64,000 bases of DNA from Thermodesulfobacteriota bacterium (lineage in GTDB: Bacteria; Desulfobacterota_D; UBA1144; Nemesobacterales; JAJCZQ01). The notes under the pieces were generated by a model. It ran no database searches and had not been told where the DNA came from. It was given only the letters and a program-made list of their open reading frames with translations. The stretch covers positions 1,088,001-1,152,000 of the forward strand of contig OZ244044.1 of the NCBI GenBank assembly GCA_965215275.1, in the 5' to 3' direction. A program made the translations under genes and the position numbers. Below are positions 1 to 8,647 of the stretch, piece by piece; the first letter of the stretch is position 1, and the number at the start of each line of letters is the position of its first letter.

Positions 1-370
1 CTATATTAAATTCAGGTACTCTATCAGAATTGAGACCTGTAAACATCTCCGCACGTGCAGGAGATGAATCATCTGATGAAAAACAACTACCTTCATTACA
101 GGTCAGCGTTATATCACCATTATCAGTAGTAATGTCAACACTAATTGAACCACTGCTAATACTGACAGAAACTGTATCTTGCGTAATATTATTATTATCA
201 GCTCTGCTGCCTTGTATAACGCTGCCGTAAACAGGTTTATTTTTAGCCACGTCTATAGCTGCTTCACTGGATGGCCTTAAAGACGTCAAAGATCCATCAT
301 CTGAATCACATCCATAACCACCTGAAACTATTATAAGAAAACATAACAACACTATAAGTCTGTACTTCAT
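1..370 (-). CDS. Putative lipoprotein, runs off the window edge (not in ORF track)
   Basis: Manual translation from ATG at 370 gives MKYRLIVLLCFLIIVSGGYGCDSDDGS..., open to position 1. SD GGAGGT lies upstream and a signal peptide ends in a GYGC lipobox-like motif. Confidence 0.75.
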   Translation of the reverse strand, partial: MKYRLIVLLCFLIIVSGGYGCDSDDGSLTSLRPSSEAAIDVAKNKPVYGSVIQGSRADNNNITQDTVSVSISSGSISVDITTDNGDITLTCNEGSCFSSDDSSPARAEMFTGLNSDRVPEFNI

Positions 371-384
371 TATTTAATACCTCC

Positions 385-528
385 TTGCTCTTGATCTCAA
401 TGTTTTCAGTACCAATCGGGAACCCATGTTCGTCCGTCCCGCCCGATACAGATAGAAATCTACTGAAATACCACCTCTATCTAATTCATAATTGTAAATT
501 TTTGTCAAGCAATTTCCATATAATTCCC
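385..528 (-). repeat. TIR-like end (GGGAATTATAT at 528-518) plus copy of the tnpB 3' (omegaRNA-like) segment
   Basis: Minus strand reads GGGAATTATAT...TTGACA...TGTATCGGGCGGGA...GGACGA...TCCCGAT...AACATTGAGATCAAGAGCAAGGAGG, which aligns by eye with 8371-8440. Confidence 0.65.
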
Positions 529-543
529 TTATTCAGACCAGCC

Positions 544-1806
544 TCATCTTAACTGCTTGATAAACTCGTCTTTGGGAACCATGTAGTAAAGCTTTCCCCA
601 GTGTTTTAATACGCCGGCATGCTGGCCGGATTCTTCTCCCCTGCCCCAGAACAGATCAACCCGGTGAGGTCCTTTTATTGCCCCGCCAGTGTCCTGGTCC
701 AGAACAAACCTTGACGTATTGTTCCACTTGCTGGGTACCTCTGAAAGTCTGTTGGGAAATACAGGCTTTGGAAATTCCATATACGCCAAGGCACCTTTGG
801 GATAGAAACGCCTGTCGGTGGCTATGGTCCTGCCATCCACGACTTCCGTGCCAAAATGGGTGATAGGTCTGCCTTTTAATTTCCTGAAGAAAATATAGCT
901 TGGGTTCTGATATAATATCTTCTTCATTTCTTCTTCCGGCAGACTTCTCAGATAGCTTTTGAGGTTATGTGCGGTCAGTTTATCCCTTGGTATCTTATCA
1001 TAAACCAGCCTGCCTATACTGACGTACCTGCGACCGTTCTGTGAGGCATATCCGAGTCTGAGTTCCTCACCGTTGCTGAACTTTACGGCACCTGAACCCT
1101 GTATCTGTAAAAAAAAGGCATCAATCGGGTCGACCCATGCCAGTTTGGTCGCCTTTCTTTCCAGAACCTTCCGCTCGTCTATCTCTTTCCTGGTGTAGTA
1201 GGGAACAATGTTCTTACTCGTTCCCTTATGATAAGAAGGAGCTATCCTGCCAGCCAGAATGGACAGATTATACTTGGGATTTATTATCTGTTCCCTGATC
1301 GGCTTCAGTCTGCTCAGCTGTTTCGCGTATTTCTTCAGGTGAACGTTCACAAGGTCGTCCGGAGTGGAATAAATTGGCTGAGTGTGTTTGGAGTTCCGCC
1401 TTTTTGAACCTTTCAGCACAGGTTCATAATATGAAGTTATAAAGACCTCTCCCCATTCTTTACTGCCGTAAACCTCATAAAAATCAAAACTGGAATTAAC
1501 TATCTCGTAAAATTCTTCCTTTGATATCCCAGAGCGTATCTCTCCGGCGAGGTAATTGAGCGAAAGAATGTAATCATCACGTGAGACCTTTTTCGGACCA
1601 AACGTTAAAGAGGAGGCCTTTGACCTGCGCAGGCGAGAGATGTTGTCCTTTATACCCTTTAACAGTCCATCAAGAGGAAGGTCGTCCACAAGGCTTGGCG
1701 GAACCGGTGCCTGCCTCATGGCCTGCTCAGCAGTTTCGGATGGTTTTCTCTCACATGAAACCGTCAGAAAGAAAATGACAAAAAGTGCAAGGATAACTTT
1801 CATCAT
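544..1806 (-). CDS. mltA: Membrane-bound lytic murein transglycosylase A
   Basis: Motifs FITSYYEP, FFLQIQGSG, NPSYIFF, DQDTGGAIKG..RVDLFWG. Start moved to MMKVIL, which gives a lipoprotein signal ending LTVSC. Confidence 0.9.
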   Translation of the reverse strand: MMKVILALFVIFFLTVSCERKPSETAEQAMRQAPVPPSLVDDLPLDGLLKGIKDNISRLRRSKASSLTFGPKKVSRDDYILSLNYLAGEIRSGISKEEFYEIVNSSFDFYEVYGSKEWGEVFITSYYEPVLKGSKRRNSKHTQPIYSTPDDLVNVHLKKYAKQLSRLKPIREQIINPKYNLSILAGRIAPSYHKGTSKNIVPYYTRKEIDERKVLERKATKLAWVDPIDAFFLQIQGSGAVKFSNGEELRLGYASQNGRRYVSIGRLVYDKIPRDKLTAHNLKSYLRSLPEEEMKKILYQNPSYIFFRKLKGRPITHFGTEVVDGRTIATDRRFYPKGALAYMEFPKPVFPNRLSEVPSKWNNTSRFVLDQDTGGAIKGPHRVDLFWGRGEESGQHAGVLKHWGKLYYMVPKDEFIKQLR

Positions 1807-1874
1807 CTTTATTTTACAAACTACACCTGAATAGACAAGGGAAAACGGCATTTTCATCATAAAAAAACAACAGG

Positions 1875-2042
1875 ACCTTATGAACAGAACGGTCAAAACC
1901 GGCTGCCAGGACCATTGACCATAAAATATGTAAGGGGTGCATTTAACGTTTAAATACCACACAAGGTTCCTTGATACCGACGCCGATCATTGAGCCTGGT
2001 TCACAGCAGCGTCTTGCTCGTCCCGTTCTTTACTTCATAAAC
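1875..2042. ncRNA. Long irregular hairpin, candidate 6S RNA
   Basis: The ends pair in blocks (TTATGAA/TTCATAA, AGAACGG/CCGTTCT, GCTGC/GCAGC), with an internal TGAGCC-T-GGTTCA hairpin. About 170 nt, intergenic; strand uncertain. Confidence 0.5.
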
Positions 2043-2085
2043 AGGAAATTCTGAAAAACTTTCTCGATCATTTAAAATATCTTAA

Positions 2086-3900
2086 ATGATCGAACCAAAA
2101 AGATCCCTCCTTAAGGACCTCCCGAGAAAAACGGGTATATACCTGATGAAGAACGCGTCGGGTAAGCCTGTCTATATAGGTAAGGCAAAGAACATAAAGG
2201 CCAGAGCCACATCTTATTTCAATATGAGCGGGAGCGGCAGACCTCACATAGATCTTTTAATAAACGAACTTGAAACCATTGATTTTATCGTTACAAAAGA
2301 TGAAAGAGAGGCTCTCATACTTGAAAACTCACTGATTAAGACCTATAAACCAAAGTTCAACCTCAAACTTAAGGACGATAAGAACTATTCATTCCTGACA
2401 TTGACCGTAAAGGACAGGTTCCCAAAACTCATAACTACCAGAAGGGTGAAAGAGAACGGGGATATGTACTATGGACCGTTTGCGTACGGAGGTGCCCTGA
2501 AACAGACAAAAAGGCTCATTCACTCGCTGTTCGGTATCAGGGACTGCAGCGATGGGAAGTTCAGAAGATACAGGCAGAGACCCTGCCTGAACCACGACCT
2601 TGATCTCTGTCTCGGACCCTGTGCAAATAAAGTGGACAGGGAAACGTACCTTGATTCGGTAGAACGAGCCAAGACGTTTCTGAACGGAGATAAAAAGGCA
2701 CTTATAAAAACCTTAAAGAAAAATATGGAAAGAGCCTCAAGGGATGAAAGGTTCGAGCAGGCTATCGACCTTCGCGATAAGATCAGACTGCTCGAAAAGG
2801 ACCTTGAGGTGACCAAAGTGCTGTCATCCAGCCTTAATGACAGGGACATTATAGGACTTCATCAAAGTTCCGGTATTTACGCGGTCGTCGTTATGTCCTT
2901 CAGGTTCGGAGCAATGGCAGGCAGTCAGGAATATATGTTCTATAACCTGTATCATGACAAAAAGGAAGTGATGCAGCAGTTCTTAAGCCGCTTTTATCAG
3001 GGAGGCAGGTATATTCCAAAGGAAATACTTATAAACGTCAGAATTGACGGCACAGGTGCGTACAGGGACTGGCTTTGTGAAAAAGCAGGTAAAAAAGTAT
3101 CCGTTACCGTGCCAAAGCACGGAGCAAAACACAAACTCATCGAGCTTGCAGAAAAGAACGCAGAGGAGAACATCAGAAGGAAAACAGAGGCAAGAACAAA
3201 CAATTTAGCCATTCTGGAATCCTTGAAGAACTCCCTTTCTTTAAAACGCACGCCAAGGACCATTGAGTGCTATGACGTATCAAATATGCAGGTAAAGAAC
3301 GTCGTTGCTTCCCTTGTAAGGTTTCTGGATGGAGAACCTGACAAAAGCAGGTACAGAAAATATAAAATAAAGACCGTTACCGGACAGGACGACTATGCAA
3401 GTATGTCCGAGGTGCTGAGCAGACGCTTTAAAAGGATCGGACAGGACGGCTGGGAACTCCCGGACATGATAATGATAGACGGTGGCAAGGGACAGCTGGG
3501 CTCGGCGGCAAAGGCAATAAAAGAACTGGGTTATCTGGATAAGGTCGACCTTATATCGATAGCCAAGGGGAAAAAACAGGGAGAGATGGATAAAATATAC
3601 GTTCATGGTAAAAAAGAACCCTGCTTAATGAACCATAACAAGGACGGTCTGTACCTTCTGATGAGGATCAGGGACGAGGCTCACAGGTCAGCCATCACGT
3701 ACCATAAGCAGAGCAGGGCAAAAACGTTCACTTCCTCGGGTCTTGATAACGTGACCGGTATCGGCAAGAAACGAAGGACGCTGCTGCTGAACCGTTTTGG
3801 AGATTTAAACAAGATAAGGTCCGCCACACTTGAGGATATCGCATCTCTCCCCGGTATGAACGCAAAGATCGCCTCGGATATAAAGAAGATATTTCACTGA
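2086..3900 (+). CDS. uvrC: Excinuclease ABC subunit C
   Basis: GIY-YIG N-terminus (GIYLM...YIGKAKN), IECYDVSN, PDMIMIDGGKGQL, RIRDEAH and C-terminal HhH. Confidence 0.97.
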   Translation: MIEPKRSLLKDLPRKTGIYLMKNASGKPVYIGKAKNIKARATSYFNMSGSGRPHIDLLINELETIDFIVTKDEREALILENSLIKTYKPKFNLKLKDDKNYSFLTLTVKDRFPKLITTRRVKENGDMYYGPFAYGGALKQTKRLIHSLFGIRDCSDGKFRRYRQRPCLNHDLDLCLGPCANKVDRETYLDSVERAKTFLNGDKKALIKTLKKNMERASRDERFEQAIDLRDKIRLLEKDLEVTKVLSSSLNDRDIIGLHQSSGIYAVVVMSFRFGAMAGSQEYMFYNLYHDKKEVMQQFLSRFYQGGRYIPKEILINVRIDGTGAYRDWLCEKAGKKVSVTVPKHGAKHKLIELAEKNAEENIRRKTEARTNNLAILESLKNSLSLKRTPRTIECYDVSNMQVKNVVASLVRFLDGEPDKSRYRKYKIKTVTGQDDYASMSEVLSRRFKRIGQDGWELPDMIMIDGGKGQLGSAAKAIKELGYLDKVDLISIAKGKKQGEMDKIYVHGKKEPCLMNHNKDGLYLLMRIRDEAHRSAITYHKQSRAKTFTSSGLDNVTGIGKKRRTLLLNRFGDLNKIRSATLEDIASLPGMNAKIASDIKKIFH

Positions 3901-4814
3901 TCCGCAAGAAAATGTTCCAGAATGGCCTTGGCCGAATGCAGTTTGTTCTCAGCTTGGTCAAATACTATGGAGTTTTTGCTTCCTATGATCTCATCGGTGA
4001 TCTCCTCTCCCCTGTGAGCAGGCATGCAGTGCATTATCAGCACTTCCTTCTTGGCCGATCTCAGAAGTTCGGAGTTGATCTGAAAAGGTCTGAACTTTCT
4101 GATCTTTTCGTCCTTATCGTCATTGTCCTGCCCCATGCTGATCCAGACGTCGGTGTAGATCAGGTCCGCGTTCCTTACGGCCTTTCTCGGGTCGTCGGTA
4201 ATGTATATTTCCTTACCCCCGAACTTCCTGGACCTTTTCAATACAGTTTCGGCAGGTTCGAAACCAGCAGGACACGATACCGTCAGATCAAATCCCATTA
4301 TGGCAGAAGCCCCTATCAATGAGTTCGTAACGTTGTTGCCGTCCCCTATATATGCCAGATGGAAATCAGAAGGGTCAAATCCCTTTTCCTGTACCGTGTA
4401 CAGGTCGGATATTACCTGCGTCGGATGCTCCAGGTCCGTCAGTGCATTGATTACCGGTACACGGGAATGTCCGGCAAATTCGCTTATCATTCCCTGGTCG
4501 TAGGTCCTGATCACAACTCCGTCAAGGTAAGAGGATAGGACCCTTGCGGTGTCCGATATCGGTTCATTTCTGCCAAGCTGCGTATCCTTTGGGTTCAGAT
4601 AAATGGCGTTTGCACCAAGGTCGGATATCCCTACCTCAAAGGATACCCTCGTTCTGGTTGACGATTTTTCAAACATCATCCCTACCGTCATACCCCTCAG
4701 GCAGTCGTTGGTCTTCAGATGCTTCTTCTCCTGCTTAAGCTCCCCGCTGCGTCTGATGATCTTCAGTATATCGTCTTTGGACAGGTCGAAAATGGTTAAG
4801 AGGTCCCTGCTCAT
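3894..4814 (-). CDS. argF: Ornithine carbamoyltransferase
   Basis: SSTRTRVSF, HPTQ, HCMPAHRGEE; in operon with argB and argD. Confidence 0.96.
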   Translation of the reverse strand: MSRDLLTIFDLSKDDILKIIRRSGELKQEKKHLKTNDCLRGMTVGMMFEKSSTRTRVSFEVGISDLGANAIYLNPKDTQLGRNEPISDTARVLSSYLDGVVIRTYDQGMISEFAGHSRVPVINALTDLEHPTQVISDLYTVQEKGFDPSDFHLAYIGDGNNVTNSLIGASAIMGFDLTVSCPAGFEPAETVLKRSRKFGGKEIYITDDPRKAVRNADLIYTDVWISMGQDNDDKDEKIRKFRPFQINSELLRSAKKEVLIMHCMPAHRGEEITDEIIGSKNSIVFDQAENKLHSAKAILEHFLADQ

Positions 4815-6016
4815 TTTTTCACAATCCCTTTAAGAGAATTATCAATGATCGTGACCGCGGCGTCTATCTCTTTTTCGGATACCGTCAAAGGAGGCAGGAT
4901 TCTCATTACCGTCCCGGCAGTATGAATGGTAAGAAGCCCGTTCTCAATACACTTTGCGATCACCTTGCCGGCGATCTCAGAAGATATGAACTCGATCCCG
5001 ATCATCAGGCCCATCCCCCTTGTATCCTTTATTATATCAGGATGCTCGGCCTGTATACGGTACAGGCCCTTAAGAAAGTAGCTGCCCATATCACGAACGC
5101 TGCGCAGCAGTTTCTCATCGTTTATCGTTTCCAGAACTGCCAGTGCACAACTGACGGCAAGTGGATTCCCACCAAACGTTGTACCGTGCGAACCAGAAGA
5201 TATGGTATCTGCAACCTTATCTTTCAGTAAAACCGCCCCGCATGGCACTCCGCCGCCAAGCGCCTTTGCAACCGTTATGATATCAGGTTCAATCCCTTCA
5301 TGCTCATACGCGAACAGTCTGCCCGTTCTTCCCATACCGGTCTGTATTTCATCAAGTATCAGTAAAACACCTTTTTCATCACATATTTTTCTGACTTCGT
5401 GCAGATACCCCGGCTCGGGTACGACCACCCCGTTTTCCCCCTGAACCGGTTCCACTATTACCGCACAGAACTCATCTTCTTTCAGACATTCTCTCATGTG
5501 GTCCGTTTCTCCGTAAGGTACGAATTCAAAACCTTCGAGCATGGGCTTAAAACCAGCCTGGTACTGTTTTGCCCCGGTTGCACTTAAAGCACCATAAGTC
5601 CGTCCGTGAAAAGAGCCGTGCATGGACACGATGTTATGTTTTTTACCATTGAGAGTGCCCCATTTTCTTGCAAACTTGATCGCACCTTCAACGGCTTCGG
5701 TACCCGTATTGCAGAAAAACACCTTGTCGCAGACGGAATTCTCAACCAGATCTCTGGCAAGCCTTGCCTGCGGTTCCATATAAAAGAGATTAGACCCGTG
5801 GATGATCTCCCTGCTCTGCGAAGCTATTACGCTCAGAAGGGCAGGATGGGAATGTCCGAGGCTCGTTACTGCAATACCCGTGGTAAAATCAAGCAGCCGC
5901 TTACCTTCACTGTTCCAGACCCAGCAGCCTTTACCTCTTTTGATCGCCAAGGGTATTCTTCTGTACGTCCCAAGAACATACTTATCTACCTCGGAGATGA
6001 TCTCATCGGAGTTCAC
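4811..6016 (-). CDS. argD: Acetylornithine aminotransferase
   Basis: Class III PLP aminotransferase motifs SFHGRT, DEIQTGMGRTG, AKALGGG; arg operon context. Confidence 0.93.
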   Translation of the reverse strand: MNSDEIISEVDKYVLGTYRRIPLAIKRGKGCWVWNSEGKRLLDFTTGIAVTSLGHSHPALLSVIASQSREIIHGSNLFYMEPQARLARDLVENSVCDKVFFCNTGTEAVEGAIKFARKWGTLNGKKHNIVSMHGSFHGRTYGALSATGAKQYQAGFKPMLEGFEFVPYGETDHMRECLKEDEFCAVIVEPVQGENGVVVPEPGYLHEVRKICDEKGVLLILDEIQTGMGRTGRLFAYEHEGIEPDIITVAKALGGGVPCGAVLLKDKVADTISSGSHGTTFGGNPLAVSCALAVLETINDEKLLRSVRDMGSYFLKGLYRIQAEHPDIIKDTRGMGLMIGIEFISSEIAGKVIAKCIENGLLTIHTAGTVMRILPPLTVSEKEIDAAVTIIDNSLKGIVKK

Positions 6017-6894
6017 AGCGTTATCTCCGTTCCTATTCCAGCATCGGTAAAAAGTTCAAGTATCAATGCCCGTTCCAACGTACCATCTATAATATGGGTC
6101 TTTTCAACCCCTTCATGAAGTGCTTCAAGAGCGCAGACCACTTTCGGTATCATGCCCTGCGAGATGATATTTTTTCCGATCAGGTTTCGTACCTCGGACT
6201 CGGTCAGAGAGGAAATAAGCTCCTTTTGTTCATCAAGTATCCCCGGAACGTTGGTAAGAAATATCAATCTCGTGGCATTTAAGGCACCTGCGATCTTACT
6301 TGCCACGTGGTCGGCGTTTATATTATACGTACTGCCTTCATCATCATATCCTACAGGAGCGATCACGGGAATGTAACCTTTATCTTCCAGTGTCCTTATC
6401 AAACCGGGGTTTATCTTCTCTACTTCCCCGACCATGCCAATATCCGCATCTGGAGGGATGTTTATTCCGTTCTTTTCAGCAAGCCTGTCAAGGTTTATTT
6501 TTTTAGCTGTTATTATCTTTCCTTCCTTACCTGAAAGTCCGACGGCTTTTCCGCCGTAATGATTTACGCAGGAGATAATCTCCTGATTTACCTTGCCCAC
6601 AAGGACCATCTCCACGATCTCCATGGTCTTTTCATCGGTAACCCTGAGACCCGCTATAAATTCAGACTCAATACCCTGCTGATTGAGATATTCAGCTATC
6701 TGCGGACCACCCCCATGTACGACTACGGGCTTGATCCCAACGTACTTCATAAGAATAAGGTCGTGAGCAAAACTGGACAGTTCCTTCCTGTCGATGCTCC
6801 CGCCGTATTTTATCACCACGGTCCTGCCATGAAAGATCTTTATATAAGGCAGGGCCTCGACTAGGATCTGTGCCTTGTTCATAAGCTGTTCCAT
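6013..6894 (-). CDS. argB: Acetylglutamate kinase
   Basis: EALPYI, VIKYGG, VHGGGP, GLRVTD, NINAD, GMIPKV. Confidence 0.96.
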   Translation of the reverse strand: MEQLMNKAQILVEALPYIKIFHGRTVVIKYGGSIDRKELSSFAHDLILMKYVGIKPVVVHGGGPQIAEYLNQQGIESEFIAGLRVTDEKTMEIVEMVLVGKVNQEIISCVNHYGGKAVGLSGKEGKIITAKKINLDRLAEKNGINIPPDADIGMVGEVEKINPGLIRTLEDKGYIPVIAPVGYDDEGSTYNINADHVASKIAGALNATRLIFLTNVPGILDEQKELISSLTESEVRNLIGKNIISQGMIPKVVCALEALHEGVEKTHIIDGTLERALILELFTDAGIGTEITL

Positions 6895-7018
6895 ATTTAT
6901 CCAGCCGCCTTTAATTGTGAAAAAGATGAATATATATTATGGGAATTATATACTCTGTTAGACAAAGACAGGCAAATAGCTTTGATAGTGCTGTAAAATT
7001 AGGGAATTATATATAGAT

Positions 7019-8473
7019 ATGGATAGTGAAGGAAGTGTGATCAGAAAGACGAGAGTAGACCTCAGGGCGGTTAAGTTGGATCCGTCTGCTCATAAGAAAC
7101 TGGAATCTATGTTAAACCAGCTTACCTATCTTTATAACCGAGCTCGTGAAGAAAGGATAAGATCATATGATAAATATGAGAAACTGATGAAATGGGGTTT
7201 ATCAGAAAAGAGATTTAAGACGTATTTCTATCCCCACTGGAAGTCTGGACTTTCTTATAATAAAGGTAATACAGTTAAACATATAGACAAGGTATATATA
7301 GCTCTTAACAGGGTTAGAAGTGAAGTCCGACCTTGTAACGACCCGTTAAACTGGAGAGAGTTATCAGAAAAAGAAATAGGAAAGAAGTCGATCAGTTACG
7401 AAGATCAGGCAAGATCACTGACGGAAATAAGGAACGACCTTTTACTGTCTGATGAGTTTAGTAAGGTTGACGCTCAAGCGCAACAGCGGACGTTACAAAG
7501 ACTGGATAAGGCTTATAAAGAATATCTAAAAGGGATACGTGGTCGTCCGAGATATAAGAACAGTAGCAGAAAGATAAAAAGTTTTGAAACTTACCAATGG
7601 AGTAGAGTTAAGAAACAAGACAGAAGAACTTCCTTGTCCGTAAAAGGAGCAGGCAGGATGAGTTTCAAAGGCAGGATACCGGAAGGAACTAAATACATAA
7701 GGATAGTAAGAACTGCTTTAAGAGTAGAGATACAGTTTGTATATGAAACAGTTGCAGGAGTGGACAGAGGGTCAGACAGACCGATAGGGATAGATCTCGG
7801 AGTGAAGAACAGAATTACCTTATCGGATGGAACTTTCTATAAAGGAACAGAAATAGACAGGAAGGAACTTAAAAGAAAGCAAAGAGCATTAAGCAGAGCT
7901 GAAAAAGGATCTAACAACAGAAACAAGAAGAAAACAGCTTATGCCAAAGAACGTGCAAGGACCACTGAAAGGGAACATAATAAAATACATGAATTAACTA
8001 CAGGGATAGTAAAGGGTCATGGTAATCATTTTATAGTAGAAGATCTGAAGTTAAAGAACATGACAAAGTCCGCTAAGGGGACATTGAAAGATCCTGGCAA
8101 GAAAGTAAAGCAGAAATCGGGATTGAACAGGTCTATACAGGAGCAGCAATTGGGAAAGGTCATTAGTCAGCTTACTTACAAGGTTGAGAGCACTGGAGGT
8201 AAGATAACTAAAGTTCCATCCCAATACACAAGCCAGACCTGTTCTGCATGCGGATACGTAGCTAAAAATAACAGAAAAGGAGAGTTATTTAAGTGCATGT
8301 CCTGTGGTTATACAGGCCATGCTGACTTAAACGCAGCTAATAACGTTCTCAAAAGAGGTTTATTCTTTTTGTCGGGTGGGAATAAGGACGAGAGTCTCCC
8401 GATGCAAGCTGGGAACATGATATCAAAAGAGAACGGGGTCAGAGGGACTCTGCTTGCAGAACAGTATATTTAG
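7019..8473 (+). CDS. tnpB: RNA-guided endonuclease TnpB family protein
   Basis: RuvC-I IGIDLG, RuvC-II IVEDL, Zn finger CSAC..CMSC, RuvC-III ADLNAA.N, plus YTSQTC and RLDKAY..Y...RGRPRYK. Confidence 0.93.
   Translation: MDSEGSVIRKTRVDLRAVKLDPSAHKKLESMLNQLTYLYNRAREERIRSYDKYEKLMKWGLSEKRFKTYFYPHWKSGLSYNKGNTVKHIDKVYIALNRVRSEVRPCNDPLNWRELSEKEIGKKSISYEDQARSLTEIRNDLLLSDEFSKVDAQAQQRTLQRLDKAYKEYLKGIRGRPRYKNSSRKIKSFETYQWSRVKKQDRRTSLSVKGAGRMSFKGRIPEGTKYIRIVRTALRVEIQFVYETVAGVDRGSDRPIGIDLGVKNRITLSDGTFYKGTEIDRKELKRKQRALSRAEKGSNNRNKKKTAYAKERARTTEREHNKIHELTTGIVKGHGNHFIVEDLKLKNMTKSAKGTLKDPGKKVKQKSGLNRSIQEQQLGKVISQLTYKVESTGGKITKVPSQYTSQTCSACGYVAKNNRKGELFKCMSCGYTGHADLNAANNVLKRGLFFLSGGNKDESLPMQAGNMISKENGVRGTLLAEQYI
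8371..8470 (+). ncRNA. Candidate omegaRNA scaffold overlapping the tnpB 3' end
   Basis: Stem GTCGGG/CCCGAT and hairpin CAGAG/CTCTG. The segment recurs in three other places in the window, and TnpB guide RNAs are known to derive from the element right end. Confidence 0.5.
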
Positions 8474-8647
8474 TATTTGTATAATAGAGTATATAATTCC
8501 CTTGCTTAATGACAAGGTTCAACGAACTTACGGTCTGAAAGGGATAAGGTCCGAGTAAACAGTTCATCTGCTGAAGCAAATTGCTACAAATGTCCTTTAT
8601 TTATAATTTAACTAAGGTGTACTTTTGTAACGGTTTTAGGAATTCCG

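Larger units (their letters stand above)
6941..8501 (+). mobile_element. Non-autonomous TIR-bounded element carrying tnpB
   Basis: Left end GGGAATTATATACTCTGTTAGACAAAGAC; right end (reverse complement) GGGAATTATATACTCTATTATACAAATAC, 26/29 identical. No target-site duplication (TSD) seen. Confidence 0.8.

Noticed and set aside
6900..7020. IS200/IS605 or IS607 tnpA upstream of tnpB
   Set aside because: Only ~125 bp separate argB and tnpB, and no HUH or serine recombinase ORF is present in the window.
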